64,000 nucleotides of DNA, taken from Candidatus Altimarinota bacterium. GTDB taxonomy: Bacteria; Patescibacteriota; Gracilibacteria; BD1-5; UBA6164. The stretch is taken from NCBI GenBank assembly GCA_020629795.1, contig JAHDCR010000001.1, positions 88,443 to 152,442 on the forward strand, in the 5' to 3' direction. Below are positions 13,143 through 23,261 of the stretch, piece after piece; position 1 is the first letter of the stretch, and the number at the start of each line of letters is the position of its first letter. The position numbers and the translations under genes were made by a program. The notes under the pieces were generated by a model. That model saw only the letters and a list, made by a program, of their open reading frames with translations, ran no database searches and was not told where the DNA came from.

Positions 13143-13745
13143 ATGAAAATGGATCTTTCAAAAATATTCTGATCAAAATCCAGAGCAAAACTTCTCGAAA
13201 AGTTTTTTCTTGATTACTATGCTGGAAAAAATGAAGGTTTTCATATGAGAGGTTTAGCTAGAGATTTAGATGAGCAAATTAACTCAATTAAGAGAGAGCT
13301 TGATAACTTGGAGGACCTATGAATCCTGAAATCAAAAACTCAGCTGAGAAAAAAAATATTTAATATTAATACAAAATTTTATCTCTTAAAAGAATTTCAA
13401 GATATATTTCTGAAGAGTTATGACCCTCTAGATGCTGTAAAATGATATTTTAAAACCCAACATCTCCTTGAAGTAGTTATAGTCAACCAAAGTATAAAAA
13501 ATAAACTTTTTGAAGAAGGAAAAGCAATTCTTGATATCTTTATGATTTGAGAAATAGACCGAGAAGAGTTTTCAGATTTCCTGCAAGGAATATTCTTTGA
13601 TAAAAAAATTAAATTCGCAATTATATCCACAGAAGATTTCTTTAACCGACTTTCATACTGAGATAAACTTATTCATAATATTCTCAGAGAGAAATGAAAT
13701 ATTTTCATGAAAGATACTCTCAAAGTAAAAGAAAAACTCGATTAA
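13143..13745 (+). CDS. Winged-helix transcriptional regulator-like protein
   Basis: N-terminus KSRAKLLEKFFLDYYAGKNEGFHMRGLARDLDEQINSIKRELDNLEDLGILKSK fits a wHTH pattern. 200 aa. Confidence 0.5.
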
Positions 13746-13776
13746 AAAAGAAACTATTCATAGTTTCTTTTTTTTT
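13746..13776. terminator. Bidirectional hairpin terminator
   Basis: AAAGAAACTAttcaTAGTTTCTTT plus a T-run. Overlaps the tsaD stop codon. Confidence 0.6.
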
Positions 13777-14839
13777 ACCAACTTCCAACCTTGACTCAGC
13801 CAATTTGATGTTCAAACTGATTGTACTTAATTCTATAGTAAGCAAGAATTCCTATCATTGCTGCATTGTCCATACAATAAAGTTTTTTTACAGGAGCAAA
13901 ATATGTGAATCACTGTTTTTGTGATTCTTTTTTAATTCTTTCATTAAGATTATCATTCGCAGATACTCATCCAGCGAGCAATACCGTTTGTACATCTTTT
14001 TCCTGGGCTGCTCGCAAGAGCTTATAACACAGTACTTCATTTACAGCATTTTGAAACTCAAATGAGAGCTCTTTTTGATCATCAAGAGTAAGTTCTCAAC
14101 GTACATCTATTTCTCGTTTTACGGCACTTTTTAAGCCCGAAAAACTGAAACCAAACTCTGATTTTTCTAAAAATACTCTTGGAAATAATGGTTTAGTTCT
14201 TAGGATATGCTCCCCCTGCTCACTAGGGTTCGCTTCCCCCTCATTTGAGGGGGATTGAGGGGGAGTATATTCATCAGCGAGTTTTGAGATGATAGGTCAT
14301 CCCGGATATCATAGTCACATCATCTTTGCTACTTTATCAAATGCCTCACCCGCAGCATCATCTTGAGTTTGTCAGAGTTTATCACGCGTCCACATGTCTG
14401 GCATATGATACACCTCATTATGTCATCACGAAACCGTCAGACATACAAGAGGAAATTTTATATCTGATTCTTTTCTCTCTAAAAAATTAGAAAAAATATG
14501 GGCCTGTATATGATCTATTTCAAGTACAGGGATTTTTAGAGTTTGAGAAAGTGTTGAGGCAACAGTGATTCCTGTTAAAAGTGACGGAATCAGTCCAGGA
14601 AAGGTCGTAACTGCGATATAATCTATTTCCTGCAGGTCAGTTTTAGCTTCTTGCAATACTTTATCAAGCACTTCAAAAATCACGTTCGCATGCTCACGAC
14701 TCGCAACTTCAGGCACTACTCCACCTGTTTCATTATGTATCTTTATCTGACTTGCTGTATGCATGCTCACGAGAACATCGTTCTCAAAAAGAGCGATACT
14801 TGTATCGTCACAGGATGTTTCAAAGGCTAGGATTTTCAT
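13775..14839 (-). CDS. tsaD: tRNA N6-adenosine threonylcarbamoyltransferase TsaD
   Basis: MKILAFETSCDDTS, VVPEVASREH, GLGYPGGP, FSFSGLKSAV, LLAGGVSAN, CMDNAAMIG. Contains an extra segment of about 22 aa (see repeat 14210-14265). Confidence 0.9.
14210..14265. repeat. Nested C/G-rich hairpin element inside tsaD
   Basis: Outer arms CTCCCCC (14210-16) and GGGGGAG (14259-65). Inner arms CCCCCTC (14236-42) and GAGGGGG (14247-53). Encodes PPQSPSNEGEANPSEQGE on the minus strand. Confidence 0.6.
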
Positions 14840-14843
14840 GGTA

Positions 14844-15185
14844 CTATTTATTTTTAATCTCAACATGCTGAATAATTCCATCCAGTATAACCAAATACTC
14901 TATTGCTGAAAATTCTATTTTTCATCAATCTTTTATTCCGTTAAATTCAAAATCAATCTTAACAATTCATGGTTTTTCTTCTTTAATGTTTATTATATTC
15001 CAATTTAAATACTCATAGCTTCCATGAAACCTCTTTTGCATCTCAATAATAGAGACAACTCATAAATATAATCATGTATTTTGTGAACTATATGTTGAAG
15101 TCTCTGAAAATAATTCAGTAATCTTATTAAAGTCACTCATATTTGAATACTCAAAATACTTTTGTGCTATTTCTATATTTTTCAT
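14844..15185 (-). CDS. Hypothetical protein (possible NTF2/SnoaL-like fold)
   Basis: 113 aa, ATG 15183-15185 to TAG 14844-14846. Tightly coupled to flanking genes. The fold guess is based only on size and pattern. Confidence 0.4.
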
Positions 15186-15186
15186 A

Positions 15187-15903
15187 TTATCTCTCTATAA
15201 ATTCTAAAGTTTTATCAAAAAGTTCTTCATATTTTCATTCTTGTGTAAATCAGTGATTAGCTCACTCTATAACATAAGATTCTATTCACATAGCATCTGT
15301 TTGGGGTTTGTTATATTTATGCTTATCTCAATCTGCAAAAATAATATATAAATTGCTTTTAAAATATTTTAAATTTCATAAATTTTGTAAATGTTTATTT
15401 TCTAAAAATTCTTCATACATTCAGGAAAATATTTCTACATCTTTCCCACTTCAAGAACGAATCAACCTATCTCAGTCTTCTCTACACTTTAAAGCGCTAA
15501 TACTAGTATCAAAAGCTGGATCCCAAAATACTATTTTTTCTAGGTTTTTCGGAAAGTTTTTTACTTTCACAATACTAGGTCAAGCAAGACTGTGTCACAC
15601 AAGATATATTTCAGGGAAATTTTGGGAAAAATATGCTAAAACTATTTCTGTATCTTCTCAGTGATTGGCTATAGTAGTATTTTTAAGTTTACGAGTTTTT
15701 TCTCCATCTGTGTAGAGATTGAAACGAAATACATTATATCATTTCTTTATAAAATATTCTTTTGCACAGTAATAGTGGGCTTCATTCATACTTCATGTCA
15801 GACCATGAACAAATATAATAAGTTTATTTGATTCCTCTTTCCAATTTAAAACTCCATTAATTTCAAATCAATCTGATGTAGGTATTTTTATGTATTTTTC
15901 CAT
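15187..15903 (-). CDS. Alpha/beta hydrolase
   Basis: LIIFVHGLTGS ... IYLVGHSLAG (GxSxG elbow, both Gly written TGA) ... VFWDPAFD ... IEGANHGF. Confidence 0.75.
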
Positions 15904-15907
15904 AATT

Positions 15908-16912
15908 TTATCTCTTTAAAATATTTATAAAGCGCTCCATATCTCGTTTAAGTTTTGATGTAACTTTCATTCTTTGCTTTTTTGCTGGGTGAAAAAAATC
16001 TATTTTCCACGCGTGGAGCATCTGTCTGGTAATATTGTAGTGATTTGCAAAATAACTATTGAGCTGCTTATCTCCATAACTCTTGTCTCAAAGAATCGGG
16101 TTTCAAAGCGTGGCCATATGCACCCTGATTTGGTGCATTCTCCCGGTTTCGATAGTGACCTCCATCGCAGTTAAAATCTGAGATCCTTGTGGGAGTTTTA
16201 TATTGTATTCTTCTAGCACTTTATAGTGCGTTATGGCTTCGAGTCACTTTTCATTTACTTGCACTTTATTTTCAGACTTTGCGTTTTCTATACGCTGCAA
16301 TTTTTTTGTAACAGTTCCCGATCTTCGAGATACTTTTCATAAGACTATACAAAAATATGTTTTTTTAAGCTTGTCATGTTTTTTAAAATCATCAGAGAGT
16401 TTTGTGAGTGCATGCTTTGACTTTGCAATCATAATGATTCATGAAGTATCTCTGTCTATACGATGAATAAGAGAAGGTTTAAATGTAAGACTATCAAGCT
16501 TTCAACTGTAATAATCATGTACTTGTTCTATGAGAGAGACCTCATCGGATTTATGATCCCCTGGATGAACATTGAGTCATGGACTTTTATTTACGATAAG
16601 CAGATTTTCATCCTCGAAAGCAATATCAGATTTTAAGAGTTTTTGTTCCCCAGAAATGATATTTTGCTGTTTTTCTGTTTTTTGAAGCTCTGTTATATCT
16701 GTATCTGAAAGAAATATTTGAACCTGCTCTCCAGCTATGAGTTTATAATCCTTATCTTGCTTTGTCTTTTTATTTTCCAGTGTTATGACTTTAATATTTC
16801 CCTTTCTCACGAGTTTATAAATGTAGCTTAAACTCGCATTTGGTAAAAGCTTTTTAAGAAACTTATCTAAACGTTGGTCAGAATCATTTGATGTAATAGA
16901 ATATGATTTCAT
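15908..16912 (-). CDS. RluA-family (RluC/RluD-type) rRNA pseudouridine synthase
   Basis: N-terminal S4 domain (RLDKFLKKLL), catalytic HRIDRDTSG, RMHQIRVHM. TAAATG junction with the upstream pilin-like gene. Confidence 0.85.
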
Positions 16913-17794
16913 TTATTGTAGTACGGTAAAGTCAAAGGCAGAGCTTGTAGCTTGTTGAGGAATAAACACTTCAAGTGTTTTAGAAAATTGGTAAGATTTT
17001 CATTTAGATATTACTAATGGATTTGGATATGGAACTGATTTTGAAGTCTCAAATCTATATTCTAAATATGGAATAATTGCATCTCCTGAATCACTTTTAA
17101 GAGGCCTTATAATTGCAGCTTTCAAAACACACTGGGTTGTAGTATTTTGACATCATAATTCTTCGAAGTAATTCCTAAAACGTAGAGGAATTCAAGGAGA
17201 TAATTCGTCTCTTCAAGTTAAATCTACTCACACTTGGTTAAAAATATCTATCACCCCAGCTCTCACATCTGACTCTGTAATTAATGCCCCAGAAGCTGAA
17301 CTCAATGATCATCCATCACCAGAAAGTTGTAATAAAATTATTTCATCATTATATGGGTTATCAAAATCAACACCATTTGGAACCTGCAAAAATAAATCAA
17401 TAGTCTCCCCTGAAATATCAAATTTACCATTTCATATTTCTAAACTGATTGGCTCACTTTGAGAAAATCTAGAATAATTTGCATCATTTGGAGCATTTCA
17501 TTGTCACGGTGCAGGAATATAAGTTCAACTACCTGTAAAATTATACTCATAGTCTTGAACATCTCAAAATGACTTACTGTAATCACTTCACAGTGCTCCG
17601 TCATACACCTTCAGAACACTTTCCTCTACTCAAGCATAACTTTCATAAAATGCTTGCGAAGCGTTTTCTATTCATTTCACACTTCTAGAAAAAGGCACCA
17701 TATATTCCATAAGGTAGAGTCAAATCATACTTAAAAGTAAGACTATTCCCATAGCTAAAATAATAGAAAATCCTGCATTTGTAGTGTGTTTCAT
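16913..17794 (-). CDS. Pilin-like protein (minor pseudopilin, lacks Glu5)
   Basis: MKHTTNAGFSIILAMGIVLLLSMIGLYLMEY has a prepilin-like hydrophobic N-terminus without E at +5. Checked codon by codon over 293 aa with no TAA/TAG. Confidence 0.5.
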
Positions 17795-17798
17795 ACTC

Positions 17799-18932
17799 TT
17801 ACTTAATATCTAAATTTGATAAACTTATTGTAGTTGCAATCTTAACACTTGGAGCTGTCCCTTTAATTTTTGCTTTTACAGATAAACTTGGCTCTATAGT
17901 GTACTTCACTTGTAAATAAGGAGCAACTAATATATTGGGATTAGGATCCTTCCATGATAGATTTAAATCTTTTTGCGGATAGGCATATATTTCAAAATCT
18001 TTAATATTTATACTCGATGGGAATATTGGCTGCCAATAGTTATTCGAGTTTGATCACGCAACTATTGTGTCATCTCATGAGGCATAATCAGGATGTATGA
18101 ACCAGGTGTCGATGAGTCAATCTCATTGACTCCCATCTGTATCAACTGTTCATAGAACATGATCTAGTCCATAATCTACTCAAACTAATTTTAGCATTTC
18201 AATGGTTCCATTACATCCTATACCAGTAGGATTATCAGTATTTAATCATATACAACTCGCTCCTGCCGGTGCAAAGTTTGAAGCAGAAACATCACTCACA
18301 TTCCATCTGAAATAGGTTCTCTCTTTTCCGTCATTGCTTATTAGATATAGTTCTCAAACCTTATTAGGATCTGCATCTCATGAAAAAGCATTCGGACCAA
18401 TTCATAAGAATAAATCATCATCATCTCATATAATTCCATTAACCCCATCTTCATCTCACCCATCAGCGTCTCCATCACTATTTCTATCAATAAATTGTAA
18501 CTCGTACTGACCAAATCTTTGATGTGTATCTGTAAAATTAGTGCTGAGATCGTTCATATATCCGGGAGAATTATTCAGACAACCTCATGTTCACATCTCT
18601 TGTCATAATCAAACTCAGCTTATACAGTTATATATAGTTCATTGATTTCAAAATCAACTAATACTGGAAAAATGTCCATCGATAAATCCAGTACCATAAC
18701 TATATCTATTCCAATATTCTTCGTAATCTAAAGTTCCTCATTTTTTGATGAGTTCAAAAAATCTTTCAGATGAAAAATATGCTTGCTTCTCTATTTCTGA
18801 TTGTTCAATAAGTTTTACTTTTGCTATTCATACAGAACTTAGAGATTGAAAAGCAGCAATCATAATAATTGAAACAATTAAGATTCATACCAGTATTTCG
18901 ATAAGAGAAAATCATGTATTTGAAGTTTTCAT
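17799..18932 (-). CDS. Type IV pilin-like protein with prepilin cleavage/methylation motif
   Basis: MKTSNTG/FSLIEILVGILIVSIIM, with the cleavage-site Gly written TGA at 18912-18914. Asp-rich DRNSDGDADGGDEDGVNGIIGDDDD. 377 aa; all in-frame codons checked for stops. Confidence 0.8.
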
Positions 18933-18933
18933 T

Positions 18934-19206
18934 TTATTTTCTTAAGAATATATGGTGTAAAAAGTCCCCAAAGTATTTTGTAATCTTATAACCAGTTGGA
19001 CGAGACATAAAATATTTTGGCCACTGCAAAAACATAAAGTCAAAAACAACATACACCATTGGCTTAGCCTGTCTCTTCACACTACTGCCCGAGATGAAGT
19101 AATACAATGAAATACAAATACTATACATAAAACTTCATAGTAAACATAAAGCCTGTAAAAACACATTGTGAATTTGTTTTTGTCCTTGCGTATTTTTCAC
19201 TCTCAT
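18934..19206 (-). CDS. Small ORF or 5' leader of the pilin operon
   Basis: 90-codon frame ATG 19204-19206 to TAA 18934-18936, joined as TAAAATG to the pilin gene. A good promoter lies directly upstream. No family recognised. Confidence 0.3.
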
Positions 19207-19229
19207 ATATTATTTTACTAACAATATTT

Positions 19230-19258
19230 AGTATAGCCAAAACAGCAGCCCTTGTAAA
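19230..19258 (-). promoter_or_regulatory. Sigma-70-like promoter of the pilin operon
   Basis: Minus strand TTTACA-N17-TATACT (-35 at 19253-58, -10 at 19230-35). Confidence 0.5.
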
Positions 19259-19324
19259 AGAAATATATTGTTTTTTAGGCGATTGAATCAGATTTTTATA
19301 TTATAGTAAATCTTATAATTCATA

Positions 19325-19933
19325 ATGAATACCAACACACTACGTTTTATACAAAAAAGAGTTGTAAAAATTAAAGAAAAAATAATTTTCAAGACATCTC
19401 ATATATCTACATGATGAAAACTAGCTCTGTTTTGAATAGTTATATGTTTTTTTTCTTTATTTATCTCTTGGGGATGAGCATTTTGAAATATTGTAGATTC
19501 TGACAATATTGAAAACTTTAGTTTCAATAGTTTTTCACCAGTTATAGGAATGATTTGATATTTCATTCTCTTAGGACTCTCGCTCGTTAGTTTTGCTATT
19601 TGTTCTATAAAAAAGAAACAAAAATTAAAGTATTTTTCTCTCATTGAAATGAGAGATTATAGTTGTAGCATAATTACAGCTATAGTTATTTTTCTTGCTA
19701 CATTTCACAGTTTTTTTATCACAAAATGACTCCAGTTATTTTCAAGTAATATAACTCACGGAAAATGAATTATATTATGTATGACTGGTGCAATTATTAT
19801 TTTTATATGAGGTATTGTCATTCGCTCCGAATATCGTATGAATATAAAATGAAGCTACATCAGCGATACTAGTCGATCTCCTCAGGAACCTCAAAACAAA
19901 GAGCAAAAAGACAACATGAAACTTCCTTTTTAA
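19325..19933 (+). CDS. Hypothetical membrane protein (about 4 TM)
   Basis: 202 aa with hydrophobic stretches LALFGIVICFFSLFISWGGAF, VIGMIGYFILLGLSLVSFAI, IITAIVIFLATF, IILCMTGAIIIFIGGIV. Eleven TGA-Gly codons. Confidence 0.55.
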
Positions 19934-19972
19934 AGAGTAGTACATAGTTTTTGACTTTTGTATAAAAAAACT

Positions 19973-20000
19973 TTGACTTTTACCTTGGGAGTATTATATT
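19973..20000 (+). promoter_or_regulatory. Candidate promoter
   Basis: TTGACT-N16-TATATT ending 16 nt before ATG 20016. Confidence 0.4.
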
Positions 20001-20015
20001 TTAACTTAATATTTA

Positions 20016-21089
20016 ATGATTACACAAATTCAAATGCAAGCAACTCTCACAAGTTCAAATATAGAAAAAATGTTTTCATGAGTCCTCGAATCCCTTTCAG
20101 AAAAAGAAAGAATTGTAATCGAGAGACGTATCGGTCTTAACGGTGAAAAAGAAACTCTTCAAAATATCTGAAATTCTTTTAAACCCTCAATAACAAGAGA
20201 AAGAGTTCGACAAATAGAAGATGCAGGAATTAAAAAAGTTGGAAGAATCATTAAAGCAACAGAGCTTTCTGCTATCCAAGAAATGGCTAGAGAAATTATT
20301 TCTCATCACGGTTGAGTTCTTACAAGAGAAAAACTTATTGGTGCAATTGTTTCAAACATGAGTCTCTCAAAAGAAATAAACTCTCACATACTTGAAGTAA
20401 TAGTACAATCAGATTTTGAAATCATTAAATCTAAACCAAGACTCGGTACTCAAACCTATTTCACACTTCCAGATATTTCACGTAAATCAATTGATGCAGT
20501 GCATAAAGACGCTCTCAAAATCCTCAAAAGAAAAAAAGATGTAATGGAAAGAGATGAGCTCTACGAACAAATAGCTGAAAATATTCAGTCAGAAGTAGGA
20601 ACTCTAGAAAATGTATTTATTGATAGCTCTCTCGATATTTTTGATGATATTGTTAAGTGAGAAGACGTACTTATCGGGCTTACAAGATGGAAAATTCTCA
20701 ATCCTAAAACTCTCAAAGACAAAGCTATCTATGTTATGAAAAAAGATAAAGTTCCAATGCACTTTATCGACATATCAAATAAGATTTCAGATTACCTAGG
20801 TGAAAGTGTAAAAATAAACACTATACACAATGAACTTATTAGAAACGAAGAATTTATTCTTATCTGAAGAGGAATATATGCATTAAAAGAATGGGGTTTC
20901 AAACCAGGAACTGTTCTCGATGTTATTCTCGATATACTTGGAAAAAATGGAGGTCCTATGACTACAGAAGAAATTATCAAAAAAGTTCTTAAAGTAAGAA
21001 ATGTAAAAAAGACAACTATTTACATGAATCTTCAAAATAAAAAAGCAATTGAAAGAGTAGGTAGAAATTTCTATGCTGCAAAAGCTTAA
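20016..21089 (+). CDS. Sigma-70 region-4-like HTH protein with HARE-HTH-like repeats
   Basis: LSEKERIVIERRIGLNGEKETLQNIGNSFKPSITRERVRQIEDAGIKKV resembles region 4. It is followed by modules ending ...IGLTRWKIL and ...IHNELIRNEEFILIGRGIYALKEWGF (HARE-HTH pattern). Confidence 0.6.
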
Positions 21090-21100
21090 TGAAAACTACA

Positions 21101-21131
21101 AAAAACACAGAGTATAACTCTGTGTTTTTTT
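21101..21131 (+). terminator. Rho-independent terminator
   Basis: AAAAACACAGAGtataaCTCTGTGTTTTTTT. Confidence 0.8.
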
Positions 21132-21200
21132 ATTATAGGTTCTTGTAATTAGGAATATTTTCCCTACACTAACTACATATTATTACATAGAAATTTATAC

Positions 21201-21809
21201 GTGAAGATACTTGTATTTGATACTGAAACAACTGGTTTTATAAATAAAAAAGATCCAAGCCTAGAAGCTCAACCACATATAATACAATTTGCAGGAATAC
21301 TCTGAGAACTCTCTGAATGAGTATATACTGAAATAGAAAGAAAAAATATACTCATAAAACCACCTATATCAATTCCCTATTGAGCATCACAGGTACACCA
21401 TATCTATGATATAGATGTTCAAAATGCTCCAATTATGGCTGATACTATAGATGAAATTATGGATTTTCTCGGAAAAGCTGATGCAATTATAGGACACAAT
21501 ATCGAGTATGATGAAGATATGATCAAAGTAGAGCTTCGTAGGCTAGAAAAACTTCATCTCTACGCACCAGATCAAGTTATATGTACTATGAAAACAACTG
21601 TAGATTTCTGCGCGATACAATGAAATGGTCTCAGGTTTAAATATCCAAAACTTGGAGAGCTTCATAAAAAACTCTTCGGAGAGTATTTTGTATGAGCTCA
21701 TGATGCGATGGTCGATGTGGAAGCAACCCAAAAGTGTTTTCTAGAATTAGAAAAAAAATGAGTTCTCTCAGTTACCTGAGGCACACAGGAAGTTATGAGT
21801 TTATTTTAA
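21201..21809 (+). CDS. DnaQ-like 3'-5' exonuclease (Pol III epsilon family)
   Basis: GTG start. ExoI VFDTETTG, ExoII IIGHNIEYD, ExoIII GAHDAMVDVEAT. Confidence 0.85.
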
Positions 21810-21821
21810 ATAGAAATTAAT

Positions 21822-22055
21822 ATGGCTGATTTTTGAGATTTAGTTAACATTGAAGAATTTGGTGAAAAGAGAAACTATTTTGAGCAAGAACGCTGAGATA
21901 TATCTTTTTATTGCAAAGATTGCGAAGAGCTTGTAAAAACTTCAAGAGAAAAACCAAAACAGTATATATTTACCTGTAACACATGCAATGGGACAAATAT
22001 AGCAATATGAACGCACGCATGACTCAGAGAAAACTATTTTCGAAAGAAATTTTAA
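21822..22055 (+). CDS. Small zinc-ribbon protein
   Basis: 77 aa with CKDCEE...CNTCNG (CxxC-N17-CxxC). Confidence 0.5.
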
Positions 22056-22070
22056 AAAAGATTTGCAATA

Positions 22071-22100
22071 ATATACTCATTTTATATACTCATTTTATAT
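22071..22100. repeat. Tandem 13-mer upstream of recA
   Basis: ATATACTCATTTT repeated at 22071-22083 and 22084-22096, followed by a partial copy. Confidence 0.7.
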
Positions 22101-22156
22101 CCACTATATACATAGTTTTGAGATATAACATTTTTAATAGATAAATATACATACAT

Positions 22157-23143
22157 ATGGATAAAAAAGCAGCATTACAAAATGCGCTCGATATGATCGA
22201 GAAACAATATGGAGCAGGTTCTATCATGAAACTTGGAGATGAAGATAGAGCTAAAAAGGTAGCAACTAGTTCTTCAGGATCACTTTCACTCGACCTTGCT
22301 CTCGGTGGTTGATATGCAAAAGGACGTATAGTAGAAATCTACGGTCCAGAATCATCAGGTAAGACAACTCTTACCCTTCACGCAATTGCAGAAGTTCAAA
22401 AAGCAGGAGGAACAGCCGCATTCATAGATGCGGAGCATGCTCTGGATCCTAGTTACGCAGAAAAAATAGGGGTGAATACTTCAGAGCTCATTATCTCTCA
22501 ACCAGACTACGGTGAACAAGCATTAGAAATATGTGAAAAGCTTGTAAACTCATGAGCTGTTGATCTTATCATTGTCGATTCTGTTGCTGCCCTTACACCA
22601 AAGGCAGAAATAGAAGGTGATATGGGTGATTCTCATATGGGTCTTCAAGCGAGACTAATGAGTCAAGCACTCAGAAAGATAACGTGAGCAATTAACAGAA
22701 GTGGTTGTACCGTAATATTTATCAACCAAATTCGTATGAAGATTGGAGTTATGTTTGGTTCACCTGAAACAACGACAGGTGGTAATGCTCTCAAGTTCTA
22801 CGCATCACAAAGACTTGATATCAGAAGAAAGGAAAAAATTGAATCAGGAACTGGTATGGATAAAGAAATAAATGGGAATAAAACCAGAGTTAAAGTTATT
22901 AAAAACAAAATTGCTCCTCCATTTAGAGAAGCAGAATTTGATGTAATGTACAATGTTGGTATCTCAAAAGTAGGTGAGCTCGTAGATATCGGAGCTACTA
23001 CTGGTGTTATCAAAAAATCAGGAGCATTCTATAGCTACGGGGAAACTCGACTTGGGCAAGGAAGAGAAAACGCAAAAAACTTCCTACTTGAAAATCCAGA
23101 AATGGCTGCTGAAATTGAAGAAGTAATCAAAAATAGTATTTAA
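22157..23143 (+). CDS. recA: Recombinase RecA
   Basis: [24 protein letters not shown] (third Gly of GGG is TGA 22310-22312), [48 protein letters not shown]. Confidence 0.97.
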
Positions 23144-23157
23144 TAACATAGATACTC

Positions 23158-23186
23158 AAAAAACTCTCGCAATGCGAGAGTTTTTT
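23158..23186 (+). terminator. Rho-independent terminator
   Basis: AAAAACTCTCGCaatGCGAGAGTTTTTT. Confidence 0.8.
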
Positions 23187-23261
23187 AATTCCCTTCGTCT
23201 TGCAATTATACTCCCCTTGCTTATCATTAGCAGCAATCTTTAAAAATTAAAATCATTGACC

